Numbered from the stretch's first letter, positions 1 through 9,326 are shown. The stretch is DNA of 64,000 nucleotides from Alphaproteobacteria bacterium (GCA_964291285.2 OZ219787.1:896001-960000); one strand, 5' to 3'. The notes: generated from the sequence alone by a model not told the origin. Made by a program: numbers and translations.

Positions 1-2
1 GG

Positions 3-80
3 CTCGTGCTGCGCAGCATCGACTTGCTTGCCGACCGGGTTCTGCCGATGCTCCGCAGGGAAACGCGCGGCGAAGCCTGA
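3..80 (+). CDS. 3' end of a gene entering from the left, probably an LLM-class flavin-dependent oxidoreductase
   Basis: Frame 3 reads LVLRSIDLLADRVLPMLRRETRGEA*, resembling luciferase-like monooxygenase C-termini; partial. Confidence 0.5.
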   Translation, partial: LVLRSIDLLADRVLPMLRRETRGEA

Positions 81-93
81 GGAAGAGGACGCC

Positions 94-534
94 ATGACGG
101 AGATTCACAGGGGCGGCTGCCATTGCGGCAATATCCGCGTGGCCTACCGCACGGCGAAGCCGGTGGCCGAATGGCCGATCCGGGCCTGCCAGTGCAGCTT
201 CTGCCGCAAGCACGGCATGCGCGCCACCGGCGACCCCGACGGGCTGCTGGAGATCGCGATTGCCGACGAGGCGAAGGTGGACCGTTACCGCTTCGGTCTC
301 GGCATCACCGACTTTCTCATCTGCCGGGCCTGCGGCGTCTATGTCTCGGCGCTGGTGGAGGAGCCGGACGGCCTGCTGGCGACCCTGATCGTGAACACGC
401 TCGACCTGCCGCAGGACGGCTTCCCCGCCCCGGCCCCGGCGCACTATGACGACGAGACCGAGCAACAGCGCCTCGCAAGGCGCCGCCTGCGCTGGACGCC
501 GGCCGCCATGGTGCCGCCGACGGCGCCGACGTAA
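94..534 (+). CDS. GFA/CENP-V family Zn-binding protein
   Basis: GGCHCGNI, CQCSFCRK and CRACG motifs; GAGGA RBS before ATG 94. Confidence 0.88.
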   Translation: MTEIHRGGCHCGNIRVAYRTAKPVAEWPIRACQCSFCRKHGMRATGDPDGLLEIAIADEAKVDRYRFGLGITDFLICRACGVYVSALVEEPDGLLATLIVNTLDLPQDGFPAPAPAHYDDETEQQRLARRRLRWTPAAMVPPTAPT

Positions 535-599
535 AGAAGGATGTCGCCGGAAGCGCTTGCCTGACGACACAATCATCCGATTTCCGGGAGAGTTCCCCC

Positions 600-1574
600 A
601 TGCCGCTCGACAACCCCGTCATCGTGGACGGCCTGATCGTCTCCGACTGGAGCCGCGAGGTCTTCGAGGAGATGCGCGACGGCGGGCTGACCGCCGCCAA
701 CTGCACCTGCGCCGTCTGGCACAATTTCCGCGAGACGATGGACAATATCGCCGCCTGGCAGGGCTTTTTCCGCGACCATGCCGACATTCTGGTCCAGGCG
801 CGCTCGGTGGCCGACATCCGCGCGGCGAAGGAGGCGGGCAGGGTCGCGGTCTTCCTCGGCTGGCAGAACAGCTATCCCATCGAGGACCGGGTGGACTATC
901 TGCCGCTCTTCCACGACCTCGGCGTGCGCGTGATCCAGCTCACCTACAACACGCAGAACTTCGTCGGTTCCGGCTGCTGGGAGAGCCGGGACAGCGGCCT
1001 CTCGGATTTCGGGCGCGACGTGATCGACGAGATGAACCGCCTCGGCATCCTGGTCGATCTCAGCCATGTCGGCGACGGGACGAGCCGGGACGCCATCCTG
1101 CATTCGAAGCAGCCCGTGGCCTACACGCACTGCGCCCCCAACGCGCTCTACGACCACCCGCGCAACAAGCCGGACGAGATGCTGAAGCTGATCTCCGACC
1201 GGGGCGGCTTCACCGGCGTGGTCGCCTACACGCCCTTCATGGCCCAGCAGGGCGAGGCCACGGTGGACGACGTGGTGGCGCTGCTCGACCACACCATCTC
1301 CGTGGCGGGCGAGGAGAATGTCGGCATCGGTACCGACTTCACCCAGGGCCACGGCGTCGGCTTCTTCGAATATCTGCGCTCCGACAAGGGCCGCGGCCGC
1401 GCGCTCTCCGCGCCGATGGCGGACCGCCCGCCCAACCCGAAGGGCCTCGACGGCATGCGCGACTACCCGAACCTCATCGCCGCCATGGACCGTGCCGGCT
1501 GGACCGATGCGCGCATCGAGAAGGTCGCCGGCGAAAACTGGCTGCGGTTTCTCGGGGAAGTGTGGCGGGGGTAG
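600..1574 (+). CDS. Membrane dipeptidase family (M19) protein
   Basis: QLTYNTQN, EMNRLGILVDLSH, HPRNKPD and GIGTDF motifs; from recall resembles the dipeptidase-like protein of Pseudomonas glycine-betaine/dimethylglycine clusters. Confidence 0.9.
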   Translation: MPLDNPVIVDGLIVSDWSREVFEEMRDGGLTAANCTCAVWHNFRETMDNIAAWQGFFRDHADILVQARSVADIRAAKEAGRVAVFLGWQNSYPIEDRVDYLPLFHDLGVRVIQLTYNTQNFVGSGCWESRDSGLSDFGRDVIDEMNRLGILVDLSHVGDGTSRDAILHSKQPVAYTHCAPNALYDHPRNKPDEMLKLISDRGGFTGVVAYTPFMAQQGEATVDDVVALLDHTISVAGEENVGIGTDFTQGHGVGFFEYLRSDKGRGRALSAPMADRPPNPKGLDGMRDYPNLIAAMDRAGWTDARIEKVAGENWLRFLGEVWRG

Positions 1575-1667
1575 GGCGTTCGCGACGAGACGCCGCCGCG
1601 GCGGCCGGCCCGATTCCGCCATCCATCCCTGCGCCCGGCCCGTAGCGCCCGGACGGTTTCGGACGGG

Positions 1668-2390
1668 CTATATGCCTACCCCCAATTGCCGCGCCATGTC
1701 GGGGAAGCTGTCCGCGACGATGTCGTGGGCCGGGTTCGGGTCCCGGTCGGGCGGACCTTCGGGGCCCCACTCGTCGGGCCGCTTCACGAACGCGGTCCTG
1801 AAGCCGCAGCCCTTCGCGGCATCGAGGTCGAAATTGTGGCAGGCCACCATGCATATTTCGCCCGGTTGCAGTTGCAGGAACTTTGCGACGGCGTTGTAGG
1901 CTTCCGGCAGAATCTTGTACTTGCCGATCGCCTCGCATGAGAAGACGGCGTCCCAGTCAAGCCCGTTGCGCCTGGCCGTATCCATGATGATCCGGAAGCT
2001 GAGGATCGTGAACGACGCGCACAGGAACTTCTCGCGGAGCTTCGGCAGGGTGGCCGGAAAATCGGGCCAGCACTGCAGATTGTGCACCGTGTCGTAACAG
2101 ATCGCGCGGCGCTCGTCCCCGGTGAAGGCGTCCAGCCCGTGCTCCTCGACAAGGCTCTCCAGCGCCATCCGGTGGGCGTCGTCGATATTGTAGGCCGGCG
2201 GTTCCCTTTCGCCCAGATTGATCATCTTCCCCAGCGAGCGGCGCCGGAACTCGTTGGTAATATGAACCCAGTCCTTCTCGATCCCGTGCCTGGCGCCGGT
2301 CTGCGCCAATGCGCCCTTGATGCCGGAATGCCAGTCGAGAATGGTCCCGCCCGTGTCGAAAGTCAGAGCCTTAACATTTGCCAAGCCCAT
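1668..2390 (-). CDS. Haloacid dehalogenase type II (HAD family)
   Basis: KALTFDTGGTILDW motif I and MVACHNFDL; start MGLANVK at 2390, the longer ORF is a GC-rich extension. Confidence 0.88.
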   Translation of the reverse strand: MGLANVKALTFDTGGTILDWHSGIKGALAQTGARHGIEKDWVHITNEFRRRSLGKMINLGEREPPAYNIDDAHRMALESLVEEHGLDAFTGDERRAICYDTVHNLQCWPDFPATLPKLREKFLCASFTILSFRIIMDTARRNGLDWDAVFSCEAIGKYKILPEAYNAVAKFLQLQPGEICMVACHNFDLDAAKGCGFRTAFVKRPDEWGPEGPPDRDPNPAHDIVADSFPDMARQLGVGI

Positions 2391-2479
2391 CGCGGCCTCC
2401 CCCGAATTTTCGCCGGCAACAATTTCATGCGCTGCCGCCGACCGCAATCGACGGCTTCGCGAGCGGGCCTGTTCCCGTT

Positions 2480-3667
2480 TCACGTCACCCGCGCGCGGGT
2501 ACGGTATTTCGGGTCGCGCCAGAGTTCCTGCGCGATCACGGTTTCGAGGGTTTCGGCGGCTGCGAGCACGTCCGCCTCGTCGATATAGAGGGGCGTGAAG
2601 CCGAAGCGCATGATGTCGGGCGCACGGAAGTCCCCGATCACGCCCCGGTCGATCAGCGCCTGCATGGCGGGATAGCCCTGCTGGAAGGCGAAGGAAACCT
2701 GCGAGCCGCGTTCGGCCGGGTTGCGCGGCGAGGCAAGCGCGAGGCCGGGGCAGCGGGCCTCGACCTCGGCGATGAACAGCTCCGAGAGCGCAATCGAGGC
2801 CGCGCGGATGTCCGCCATGTCGACGCCCTCCCACACGTCCAGCGCCCGGTCGAGGATGGCGAGCTGCACGATGGGCGGCGTGCCGACCCGGAGCCGCTCG
2901 GTTGACATGGCGGGGCGGTAGCTGAGCTCCATGGCGAAGGGCGCATCGTGGCCCAGCCAGCCGGCGAGCGCCGGCTCCACCGCCTCGACGACATCCGGGC
3001 GGACATAGATGAAGGCCGGGGCGCCGGGCCCGCCGTTCAGGTATTTGTAGGTGCAGCCGACGGCGAATTCGGCCCGGCACCCGGCCATGTCGATAGGCAC
3101 CGCGCCGGCGCTGTGGGCGAGGTCCCAGATCATCACCGCGCCCGCGGCGTGGGCAGCCCGTGTGACCGCCTCCATGTCGTGCATGCGGCCGGTGCGGTAA
3201 TCGACCTGCGTCAGCATCACCGCCGCCACACCCTTGTCGATCCGGTCGAGGACGTCTTCCGGCGCCGGCGTGCGCAGCTCGTAATCCTTGCCGATGGTGC
3301 GGATCAGCCCTTCGGCCATGTAGAGGTCGGAGGGGAAATTGCCCGAGTCGGAGAGGACCGCGCGCCGTCCGGGGCGCATCCTGAGCGCGGCCGCAAGCGC
3401 CTGATAGACCTTGATCGAAAGCGTGTCCCCGGTCGCAACAGAGCCTTGCGGCGCGCCGATCAGCGGGGCGATCCGGTCGCCCACATGTTGGGGAAGTGCC
3501 ATCCAGCCGGCCGTGTTCCAGGCGCGGATGAGGTCCCTGGCCCATTCCTCGCCGATCACGGTCCGCGCCCTCTCAAGCGCGCCCCTGGGCAGCGGTCCCA
3601 GCGAATTGCCGTCGAGATAGATCACCCCGTCGGGCAGGTCGAAAAGCTCTTTCCTCGGCAGGTTCAT
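2480..3667 (-). CDS. kynU: Kynureninase
   Basis: IYLDGNSLG, WDLAHSAGA, GCTYKYLNGGPG (PLP lysine) and RGSQVS. Confidence 0.96.
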   Translation of the reverse strand: MNLPRKELFDLPDGVIYLDGNSLGPLPRGALERARTVIGEEWARDLIRAWNTAGWMALPQHVGDRIAPLIGAPQGSVATGDTLSIKVYQALAAALRMRPGRRAVLSDSGNFPSDLYMAEGLIRTIGKDYELRTPAPEDVLDRIDKGVAAVMLTQVDYRTGRMHDMEAVTRAAHAAGAVMIWDLAHSAGAVPIDMAGCRAEFAVGCTYKYLNGGPGAPAFIYVRPDVVEAVEPALAGWLGHDAPFAMELSYRPAMSTERLRVGTPPIVQLAILDRALDVWEGVDMADIRAASIALSELFIAEVEARCPGLALASPRNPAERGSQVSFAFQQGYPAMQALIDRGVIGDFRAPDIMRFGFTPLYIDEADVLAAAETLETVIAQELWRDPKYRTRARVT

Positions 3668-3670
3668 GGC

Positions 3671-3783
3671 TCAGAGGTCTCCGCGGGCAGGCGGTCCGGC
3701 TTCGGACAGCCGCTGCAGGACATCGCATCGGCGGGAGCCGCCTGCGCGCCGTCAGAGGCCGGATCGTAAGCCTGCTCGCTCAT
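3671..3783 (-). pseudogene. kynA: Internally deleted remnant of tryptophan 2,3-dioxygenase
   Basis: GGAGG RBS, then MSEQAYDPASDGAQ..MS..DRL resembling alphaproteobacterial KynA N-termini, joined out of frame to RGDL* (KynA-like C-terminus) 3 bp before the kynU start. Confidence 0.6.
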
Positions 3784-3913
3784 GGAATGTCCTCCGGCCT
3801 GCACCGTGGGCCCTGTTGTATCCCGAACCGGCGGGCGTGTCGTTGCGGCCTGCAGGCTTGAGCCATGTCCCGAAACTTTATGTTCATGAAATCAGAAAAA
3901 TTTCTCAGTTTCG

Positions 3914-3942
3914 GTGCCATTTCGGAAAAACTGTGTTAGTAT
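3914..3942 (+). promoter_or_regulatory. Putative sigma70 promoter of element copy 1
   Basis: GTGCCA-17 bp-TAGTAT after an AT-rich tract, at the same position as in the other copies. Confidence 0.55.
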
Positions 3943-4220
3943 GGGACCTGTGACAGGAAAGCGGCCTTCGCGCGGGGCCGCCTTGTCCTCCGCGCCGGCG
4001 CCGGCGCGAAAAAAGCCCCTGATTCGGCCAACGGGTGAAGTGCGCCCTGCGTCCGGCTCGCGCATGCGGGCGCAGGCGCAATCAGGCGCGCGAACCGCGC
4101 CGACGCCGACACGCGCCCGCGCCGGCACAGGCGCGCGCAGGTTACGCGCGAATCAGGGTCCCGGCGCTGGCGGGCCGGCGGCGGGAGAACGGAACGAAGA
4201 GGGCTCGAAAGGAGAGACCC

Positions 4221-4346
4221 ATGCCGAAGACTCAAGGCCGGGGAAACGGAACGGAATACCGGGAGCCCCGGCCCGAAACGACAACTCCATGCCGGAAACG
4301 ATCACAGGATATGCGCCGCACACATGCAAATCATGACACCGCATGA
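4221..4346 (+). CDS. Putative 41-aa small ORF inside the dispersed element
   Basis: AAAGGAGAG RBS; MPKTQGRGNGTEYREPRPETTTPCRKRSQDMRRTHANHDTA; collinear same-length ORF in copy 3. Confidence 0.35.
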   Translation: MPKTQGRGNGTEYREPRPETTTPCRKRSQDMRRTHANHDTA

Positions 4347-4543
4347 CGGAACATGACAAAACATGACATTCCATTGGAGTGGGCCCGTTGGGCCGGACAG
4401 TCGGGCCGAGGAGCTTTGGCAGGTGTGCGGGTGCGAGAAGGATGGGGCTTCCCGTGGACGGGCGCATGATTGACGGCGGAGCCGGTCGCCATATGCTCGA
4501 TCCGGGCCGGTCTCCGGGTCGGCATGAAGAAGGGGAGCAGGCA

Positions 4544-5680
4544 ATGAAATCGGGCCGGGTGGCGTTCGGGCGGATGGAGGCGGTGAGCTTCGGCGTGCCG
4601 CTGGAGCAGGCGGTGGCCGAGGAGGCGGAGCGGCTGGGCGCGGAGCGCATCTTCCTCATGGTGAGCGGCACGCTGAACCGCGAGACCGGCGAGATCGAGA
4701 AGCTGCGCCACGCACTCGGCAACAAGGTTGCGGGCCAGTTCGACCGCATGGCGCCGCACACGCCGCGCGGTGACGTGATGGCGGCGGCGGAGGCCGCCCG
4801 CGCCGTCGATGCCGACCTCATCGTCACCTTTGGCGGCGGCTCGCTGACCGACGGCGCGAAGGCGGTGCGCATGTGCCTCGCCAACGACATCCGCACCCCG
4901 GAGGAGATGGATGCGCTGCGCGACCCGGCGGCCGGGCCCGCGATTCCGCAGGTCTCGATTCCGACCACGCTTTCGGCCGGCGAGTTCAGCGCCATCGCGG
5001 GCGTGACTGACGAGCGCGTGAAGCTGAAGGAGTTGTTCCGCCATCCGGACGCGATCCCGAACGCGGTCATCCTCGACCCGGCGCCGACCGTGCATACGCC
5101 GGAATGGCTGTTCCTCTCCACCGGCGTGCGCGCGGTGGACCATTGCGTCGAGGGCGTGTGCTCCGGCGAGGCGCATGCCTATGGCGACGCGCAGGCGCTC
5201 AGGGGGCTGACGCTGCTGACGCAGGGGCTCGCGCGGGTGAAGGCGGACCCGGCCGACATCGAGGCGCGCCTCGATTGCCAGGTGGGCTCGTGGCTGTCGA
5301 TGGCCCCGCTCGCGGCGGGCGTGCCGATGGGCGCCAGCCACGGCATCGGCTATGTGCTGGGCGCGGTGTTCGACACGCCGCACGGCCACACCTCCTGCAT
5401 CATGCTGCCTTTCGTGATGCGCTGGAACCGGCCGGCCAATGCCGAACGCCAGAAGCTGGTGGCCGCGGCGATGGGCGAGCCGAAGGCGGATGCGGGCGAC
5501 CTGCTGGACCGCTTCATCGCCGGCCTCGGCATGCCGCGCAGCCTGTCGGCCGCCGGCGTCGGGCGGGAGCATTTCCAGAGGATCGCGGAGCAGGCGATGG
5601 GCACCCCCTGGGTGCCGCGCAACCCGCGCCCCATAGACGGCCCGGCGGAGGTCATGGAAATCCTGGAACTGGCGGCCTGA
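4544..5680 (+). CDS. Iron-containing alcohol dehydrogenase (maleylacetate reductase-like)
   Basis: GGGSLTDGAK, IPTTLSAGE, DHCVE, SHGIG and PHG metal ligands. Confidence 0.92.
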   Translation: MKSGRVAFGRMEAVSFGVPLEQAVAEEAERLGAERIFLMVSGTLNRETGEIEKLRHALGNKVAGQFDRMAPHTPRGDVMAAAEAARAVDADLIVTFGGGSLTDGAKAVRMCLANDIRTPEEMDALRDPAAGPAIPQVSIPTTLSAGEFSAIAGVTDERVKLKELFRHPDAIPNAVILDPAPTVHTPEWLFLSTGVRAVDHCVEGVCSGEAHAYGDAQALRGLTLLTQGLARVKADPADIEARLDCQVGSWLSMAPLAAGVPMGASHGIGYVLGAVFDTPHGHTSCIMLPFVMRWNRPANAERQKLVAAAMGEPKADAGDLLDRFIAGLGMPRSLSAAGVGREHFQRIAEQAMGTPWVPRNPRPIDGPAEVMEILELAA

Positions 5681-5723
5681 CGCCGCCGCTCCGGCCGGCA
5701 GCAGCAAGAGGAGACGCGCACCC

Positions 5724-6566
5724 ATGGCGATCATCGACGCGCAGGTGCATGCCTATGAACGCGACCATCCCGGCCGGCCCTGGGCCGGAACGCTCGCGGG
5801 GCCGGCGGAGGTCACCGGCTCCGACATGGTCGCCGCCATGGACGCGGTCGGCGTGGACGGGGCGGTGCTCGTCTCGCCCTACACCATGTACCGTTATGAC
5901 GAGAGCTACGCGCTCCAGGTCCATGCCGAGCATCCGGGCCGCTTCTGCCTCGTCAAACCGGTCGATCCGGAAGACCCTGCTGTCGCCGAGACGGTCGCCG
6001 ACTGGGCGAAGGTGGAAGGCGCGGTCGCGGCCAGGATCATGATGGCCTACGGGGTTTCGAGGGACCCGGACCATGCGGGCGTCTCGCGCGTGCTGCGCGC
6101 CGCCGCCGGCGCCGGGCTGCCGGTCAACCTGCTCTGCTGGGGTCTGCTGGACCAGGCGCTGGCGCTCGCCAGGGCGCATTCGGACACGCGGCTCGTCATC
6201 GACCATCTCGGCCTGAAACAGCCTTTCGACCCGCCCGCGCCGCCTGAGCCCTTCTCCGACCTGCCGGCCCTGCTGGCGCTGGCGGCGTGCGAGAATGTCA
6301 CCGTCAAGATCACGGGCGCCTGCACGCTCAGCCACGCGCCTTACCCCTTCGACGATATCTGGGACCCGCTCTCGCGCATCTTCGAGGCGTTCGGCATAGA
6401 CCGCTGCCTCTGGGGCACGGACTGGACCCGGGCCGTCAACCTCATCACCTACGAGGAGGGCGTCGAGCCCTTCCGGCGGACGGACAGGCTGACGGAAAGC
6501 GAGCGCGCGGAACTGATGGGCGGGACCCTTGAGCGGGTCTATGGCTGGTCGCCCGGCGCCGCCTGA
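5724..6566 (+). CDS. Amidohydrolase_2 family protein
   Basis: IIDAQVH, VIDHLG and LWGTDW. Confidence 0.9.
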   Translation: MAIIDAQVHAYERDHPGRPWAGTLAGPAEVTGSDMVAAMDAVGVDGAVLVSPYTMYRYDESYALQVHAEHPGRFCLVKPVDPEDPAVAETVADWAKVEGAVAARIMMAYGVSRDPDHAGVSRVLRAAAGAGLPVNLLCWGLLDQALALARAHSDTRLVIDHLGLKQPFDPPAPPEPFSDLPALLALAACENVTVKITGACTLSHAPYPFDDIWDPLSRIFEAFGIDRCLWGTDWTRAVNLITYEEGVEPFRRTDRLTESERAELMGGTLERVYGWSPGAA

Positions 6567-6569
6567 CGG

Positions 6570-7415
6570 TCAGACGGGGACGCCGCCCTTGATCGTGGTG
6601 CGCCACAGGAGCCGGCGCTGCGGCAGGTCGTAGTCCTGGACGGCGCGGTGCTGCACCGTGCAGTTGTCCCAGACCACGACATCGCCCACCTGCCAGCGGT
6701 GCTGGTAGATGAACTCCGTGCGCACGATATGGTCGGCCAGCGCCTCGATCAGGCCCCGCGAGGTCTCCTCGTCCCTGCCGACGATCCCGGTGCAGTCGTC
6801 GCGCACGATATAGAGGCTCTTGCGCCCGGTGCGCGGATGGGTGCGCACGATGGGGTGCTCGACCGGCGGATACTGGGCGATGTCCTCGGCGCTCACGGGC
6901 GAGGACCGCTTGCGCCCGCGGAAGTCGAAAACGCCCCGCATGTCCTCGATTTCCTCCTGCATCGCCGGGGGCAGGGCGTCCCAGGCGGCCGCGGCATTGG
7001 CGAAGCAGGTGTCGCCCAGTGTGAGCCCGTGCAGGACCGGCACCTCGACCGCATAGAGCATGGTGGCGCCCGCCGGGCGCTCGGCATAGCTCATGTCGGT
7101 GTGCCAGGTCTCGCCCGCGCGCCTCGTGCCGATGGGCGCGCCATACTCGACGATGTTGGAGATGAGGTAGATCTCGGGGCTGCCGTCGATGCCGAAGCGG
7201 GCCGCGTTGAAATTGAATTCCGGCTCGCCGAACCGGCGCGTGAAGGCGACCTGCTTCTCGGGCGTCAGCGTCTGGCTGCGCAGCACGATCACGCCGTGCC
7301 TGTCGAGCGCTTCGCGGACGATCGCGAATTCGCCGTCGTTCAGCCCCGCACCGATATCGGCTCCGAGGATTTCCGCGCCCGTGGCCGGCGAAGCGGGCCT
7401 CACCTCTATGCCCAT
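6570..7415 (-). CDS. TauD/TfdA family 2-oxoglutarate dioxygenase
   Basis: WHTD, HPIVRTHP and WDNCTVQHRA. Confidence 0.93.
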   Translation of the reverse strand: MGIEVRPASPATGAEILGADIGAGLNDGEFAIVREALDRHGVIVLRSQTLTPEKQVAFTRRFGEPEFNFNAARFGIDGSPEIYLISNIVEYGAPIGTRRAGETWHTDMSYAERPAGATMLYAVEVPVLHGLTLGDTCFANAAAAWDALPPAMQEEIEDMRGVFDFRGRKRSSPVSAEDIAQYPPVEHPIVRTHPRTGRKSLYIVRDDCTGIVGRDEETSRGLIEALADHIVRTEFIYQHRWQVGDVVVWDNCTVQHRAVQDYDLPQRRLLWRTTIKGGVPV

Positions 7416-7439
7416 GACTGCTGTCTCCCGGTTCCTTGT

Positions 7440-8297
7440 TCAATCGCCGGCGACGCGCGCGCCCTTGTCCCTCTCCTTGATCGAGGTGCGCCAGTGGACG
7501 CGGTCTTCCTCCGGCGGGTAGTCTCCGGCAGCCTTGTGGACCATGCAGCGATTGTCCCAGATGACGATATCGCCGACCCGCCAGCGGTGGTCGTAGCGCG
7601 CATCCGCCACCACCATGCGCTCTTCCAGCTCGTCGATCAGCGCATCGCTCTCCGCCGGCGCCAGGCCTTCGACACAGACGATCTTTCCGGGGTCGAAATA
7701 GAGCGATTTCCGCCCCGTTTCCGGGTGCGTGCGGACCAGCGGGTGGAAGACCGGGGCGTGGCCGCGGTCCTCCGGGTTCAGCAGGGCGTCCGAGCCGCGC
7801 TTGCCGCCGCCATAGGTGAACGCGCCCCGCCGGCCCTCGATCTTCGACTTCAGCCGTTCGGGCAGGGCGTCCCAGGCGCGGTACATGGAGGAGAAATGCG
7901 TGTCGCCGCCCCGGCTCGGCACGGCGAGCGCATAGAGCTGCGTCGCCTTGAAGGGTTCTTCGTCATAAGCCCCGTCGGTGTGCCAGGAGGCCGCGCCGCG
8001 CCGGTAGATTTCCTCGTTCAGCCGGCCGTCGGCGTCGAACTTGCCGACCCCGAGCACGGTGACCTCGGGATGGTCCGGATGGCGTGTCGAACGGGACGGA
8101 TGCGGCACGACATGCCCGAACCGGCGGCTATACGCGACGAAGTCCCCGATATCGAGCGCCTGGTCGCGCACGACGGCGACGCCGTAACCGAGCCAGGCAT
8201 CGTAGATCGACCGGAAGCCCGCTTCGTCCAGCCGCCGGACATCGACGCCGGTGATCTCCACGCCGGTATGCTCGGAGAGCGGCCTGATTTCGGTCAT
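7440..8297 (-). CDS. TauD/TfdA family 2-oxoglutarate dioxygenase
   Basis: WHTDG, HPLVRTHPETGRKSLY and WDNRCMVH. Confidence 0.93.
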   Translation of the reverse strand: MTEIRPLSEHTGVEITGVDVRRLDEAGFRSIYDAWLGYGVAVVRDQALDIGDFVAYSRRFGHVVPHPSRSTRHPDHPEVTVLGVGKFDADGRLNEEIYRRGAASWHTDGAYDEEPFKATQLYALAVPSRGGDTHFSSMYRAWDALPERLKSKIEGRRGAFTYGGGKRGSDALLNPEDRGHAPVFHPLVRTHPETGRKSLYFDPGKIVCVEGLAPAESDALIDELEERMVVADARYDHRWRVGDIVIWDNRCMVHKAAGDYPPEEDRVHWRTSIKERDKGARVAGD

Positions 8298-8327
8298 GGG
8301 GCGTGCCTCCCGTTCGGACCGGCCGGT

Positions 8328-9326
8328 TCAGGGCAGGGTGTCGAGATAGAGCCCGAGATCGACCTCGTTCACCAGCGCCTCGCCGGCAGCATAGCGCGGA
8401 AGATTGGCGATGAAGAGGTCGTCGGCGCGCCCGCGCGTGCCGTTGCCGGCGAAGGAGCAGTGGCCGGTGAGCCGGACCGAGGGATGCGCCCAGTAAGGGC
8501 TGCTGCGCGGCAGCGGCTCCGGCTCGAACACGTCCAGCACGGCGGTCCCGACCCGGCCGCTGTCGAGCGCCGCCAGCAGCGCGGCGTCGTCCACCACGCC
8601 GCCGCGCGCAACGTTCACCAGCACGGCCCCTCGCTTCATGGCCGCGAGGAACCCGGCATCGACGAGCCGGTCGGTCTCCGAGGAATGCGGACAGCAGAGC
8701 GCCACCACATCGGCATCCCCGAGGCGGTCCCGGAGTTCGCTCATGGCGCAGACCTCGTCGGCATGGGGCGCCGGCGCCCCGCTGCGGCGCACGCCGACCA
8801 CGCGGGCGCCGAACGCGCCGGCGCGCCTGCCGATCTCGCGCCCGATATTGCCGTAGCCGACGATGAGCCAGACCGTGCCGCCGACCTCGCGGAAGGGAAG
8901 CTGCTTCCATTCGCCGGCCGCCTGCGCCGCGCGCCGTTCCGCCAGGCCCTGGAAGATGTCCAGCACATGGGCGAGCACATATTCGGAAATGGCCGCCGCC
9001 TGGGCGCTGGATGCTCCGATGCGGATGCCCTTCGCCGCAATGGCGCGGTAGCCCGGATGGTCGAGGCCGGCGTTGAATGTCTGCACCCATTCGACCGTGC
9101 GCGACGCGGCGATGGCCTCGAGACAGTCGGCGAAGGCCCCGCCAATCATGTCGGAGGTCAGCCATACCGCCCTGGCCGGCGCCTCGGCCAGCGGCACCGG
9201 CCTTCCTTCGGCCATGCAGCGCCCGTCGTCCAACAGCGGCAGGATCCGCAAGGGCAGGTCGAGCGCGGCGATCCGGTCCGCAACGCGGTCCCGGGCGGCG
9301 GGGTGCATGGCGACACTCAGGGTCAT
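8328..9326 (-). CDS. D-2-hydroxyacid dehydrogenase family protein
   Basis: GYGNIG, LVNVARG and LDVFEPEPL. Confidence 0.92.
   Translation of the reverse strand: MTLSVAMHPAARDRVADRIAALDLPLRILPLLDDGRCMAEGRPVPLAEAPARAVWLTSDMIGGAFADCLEAIAASRTVEWVQTFNAGLDHPGYRAIAAKGIRIGASSAQAAAISEYVLAHVLDIFQGLAERRAAQAAGEWKQLPFREVGGTVWLIVGYGNIGREIGRRAGAFGARVVGVRRSGAPAPHADEVCAMSELRDRLGDADVVALCCPHSSETDRLVDAGFLAAMKRGAVLVNVARGGVVDDAALLAALDSGRVGTAVLDVFEPEPLPRSSPYWAHPSVRLTGHCSFAGNGTRGRADDLFIANLPRYAAGEALVNEVDLGLYLDTLP

Larger units (their letters stand above)
3880..4400 (+). repeat. Dispersed ~500-bp element, copy 1
   Basis: Shares GTGCGCCCTG (4040) and GCAATCAGGCGCGCGA (4078) with copies at 21.5 and 45.1 kb; CATGAC at 4332, 4342, 4352 and 4362. 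Confidence 0.9.

Noticed and set aside
1668-3545. 625-aa ORF suggesting a large HAD fusion
   Set aside because: The N-terminal part overlaps kynU in another frame; the HAD starts at 2390
4332-4371. CATGAC arrays as CRISPR
   Set aside because: Repeats are 6 bp with 4-bp linkers; there are no spacers and no cas genes
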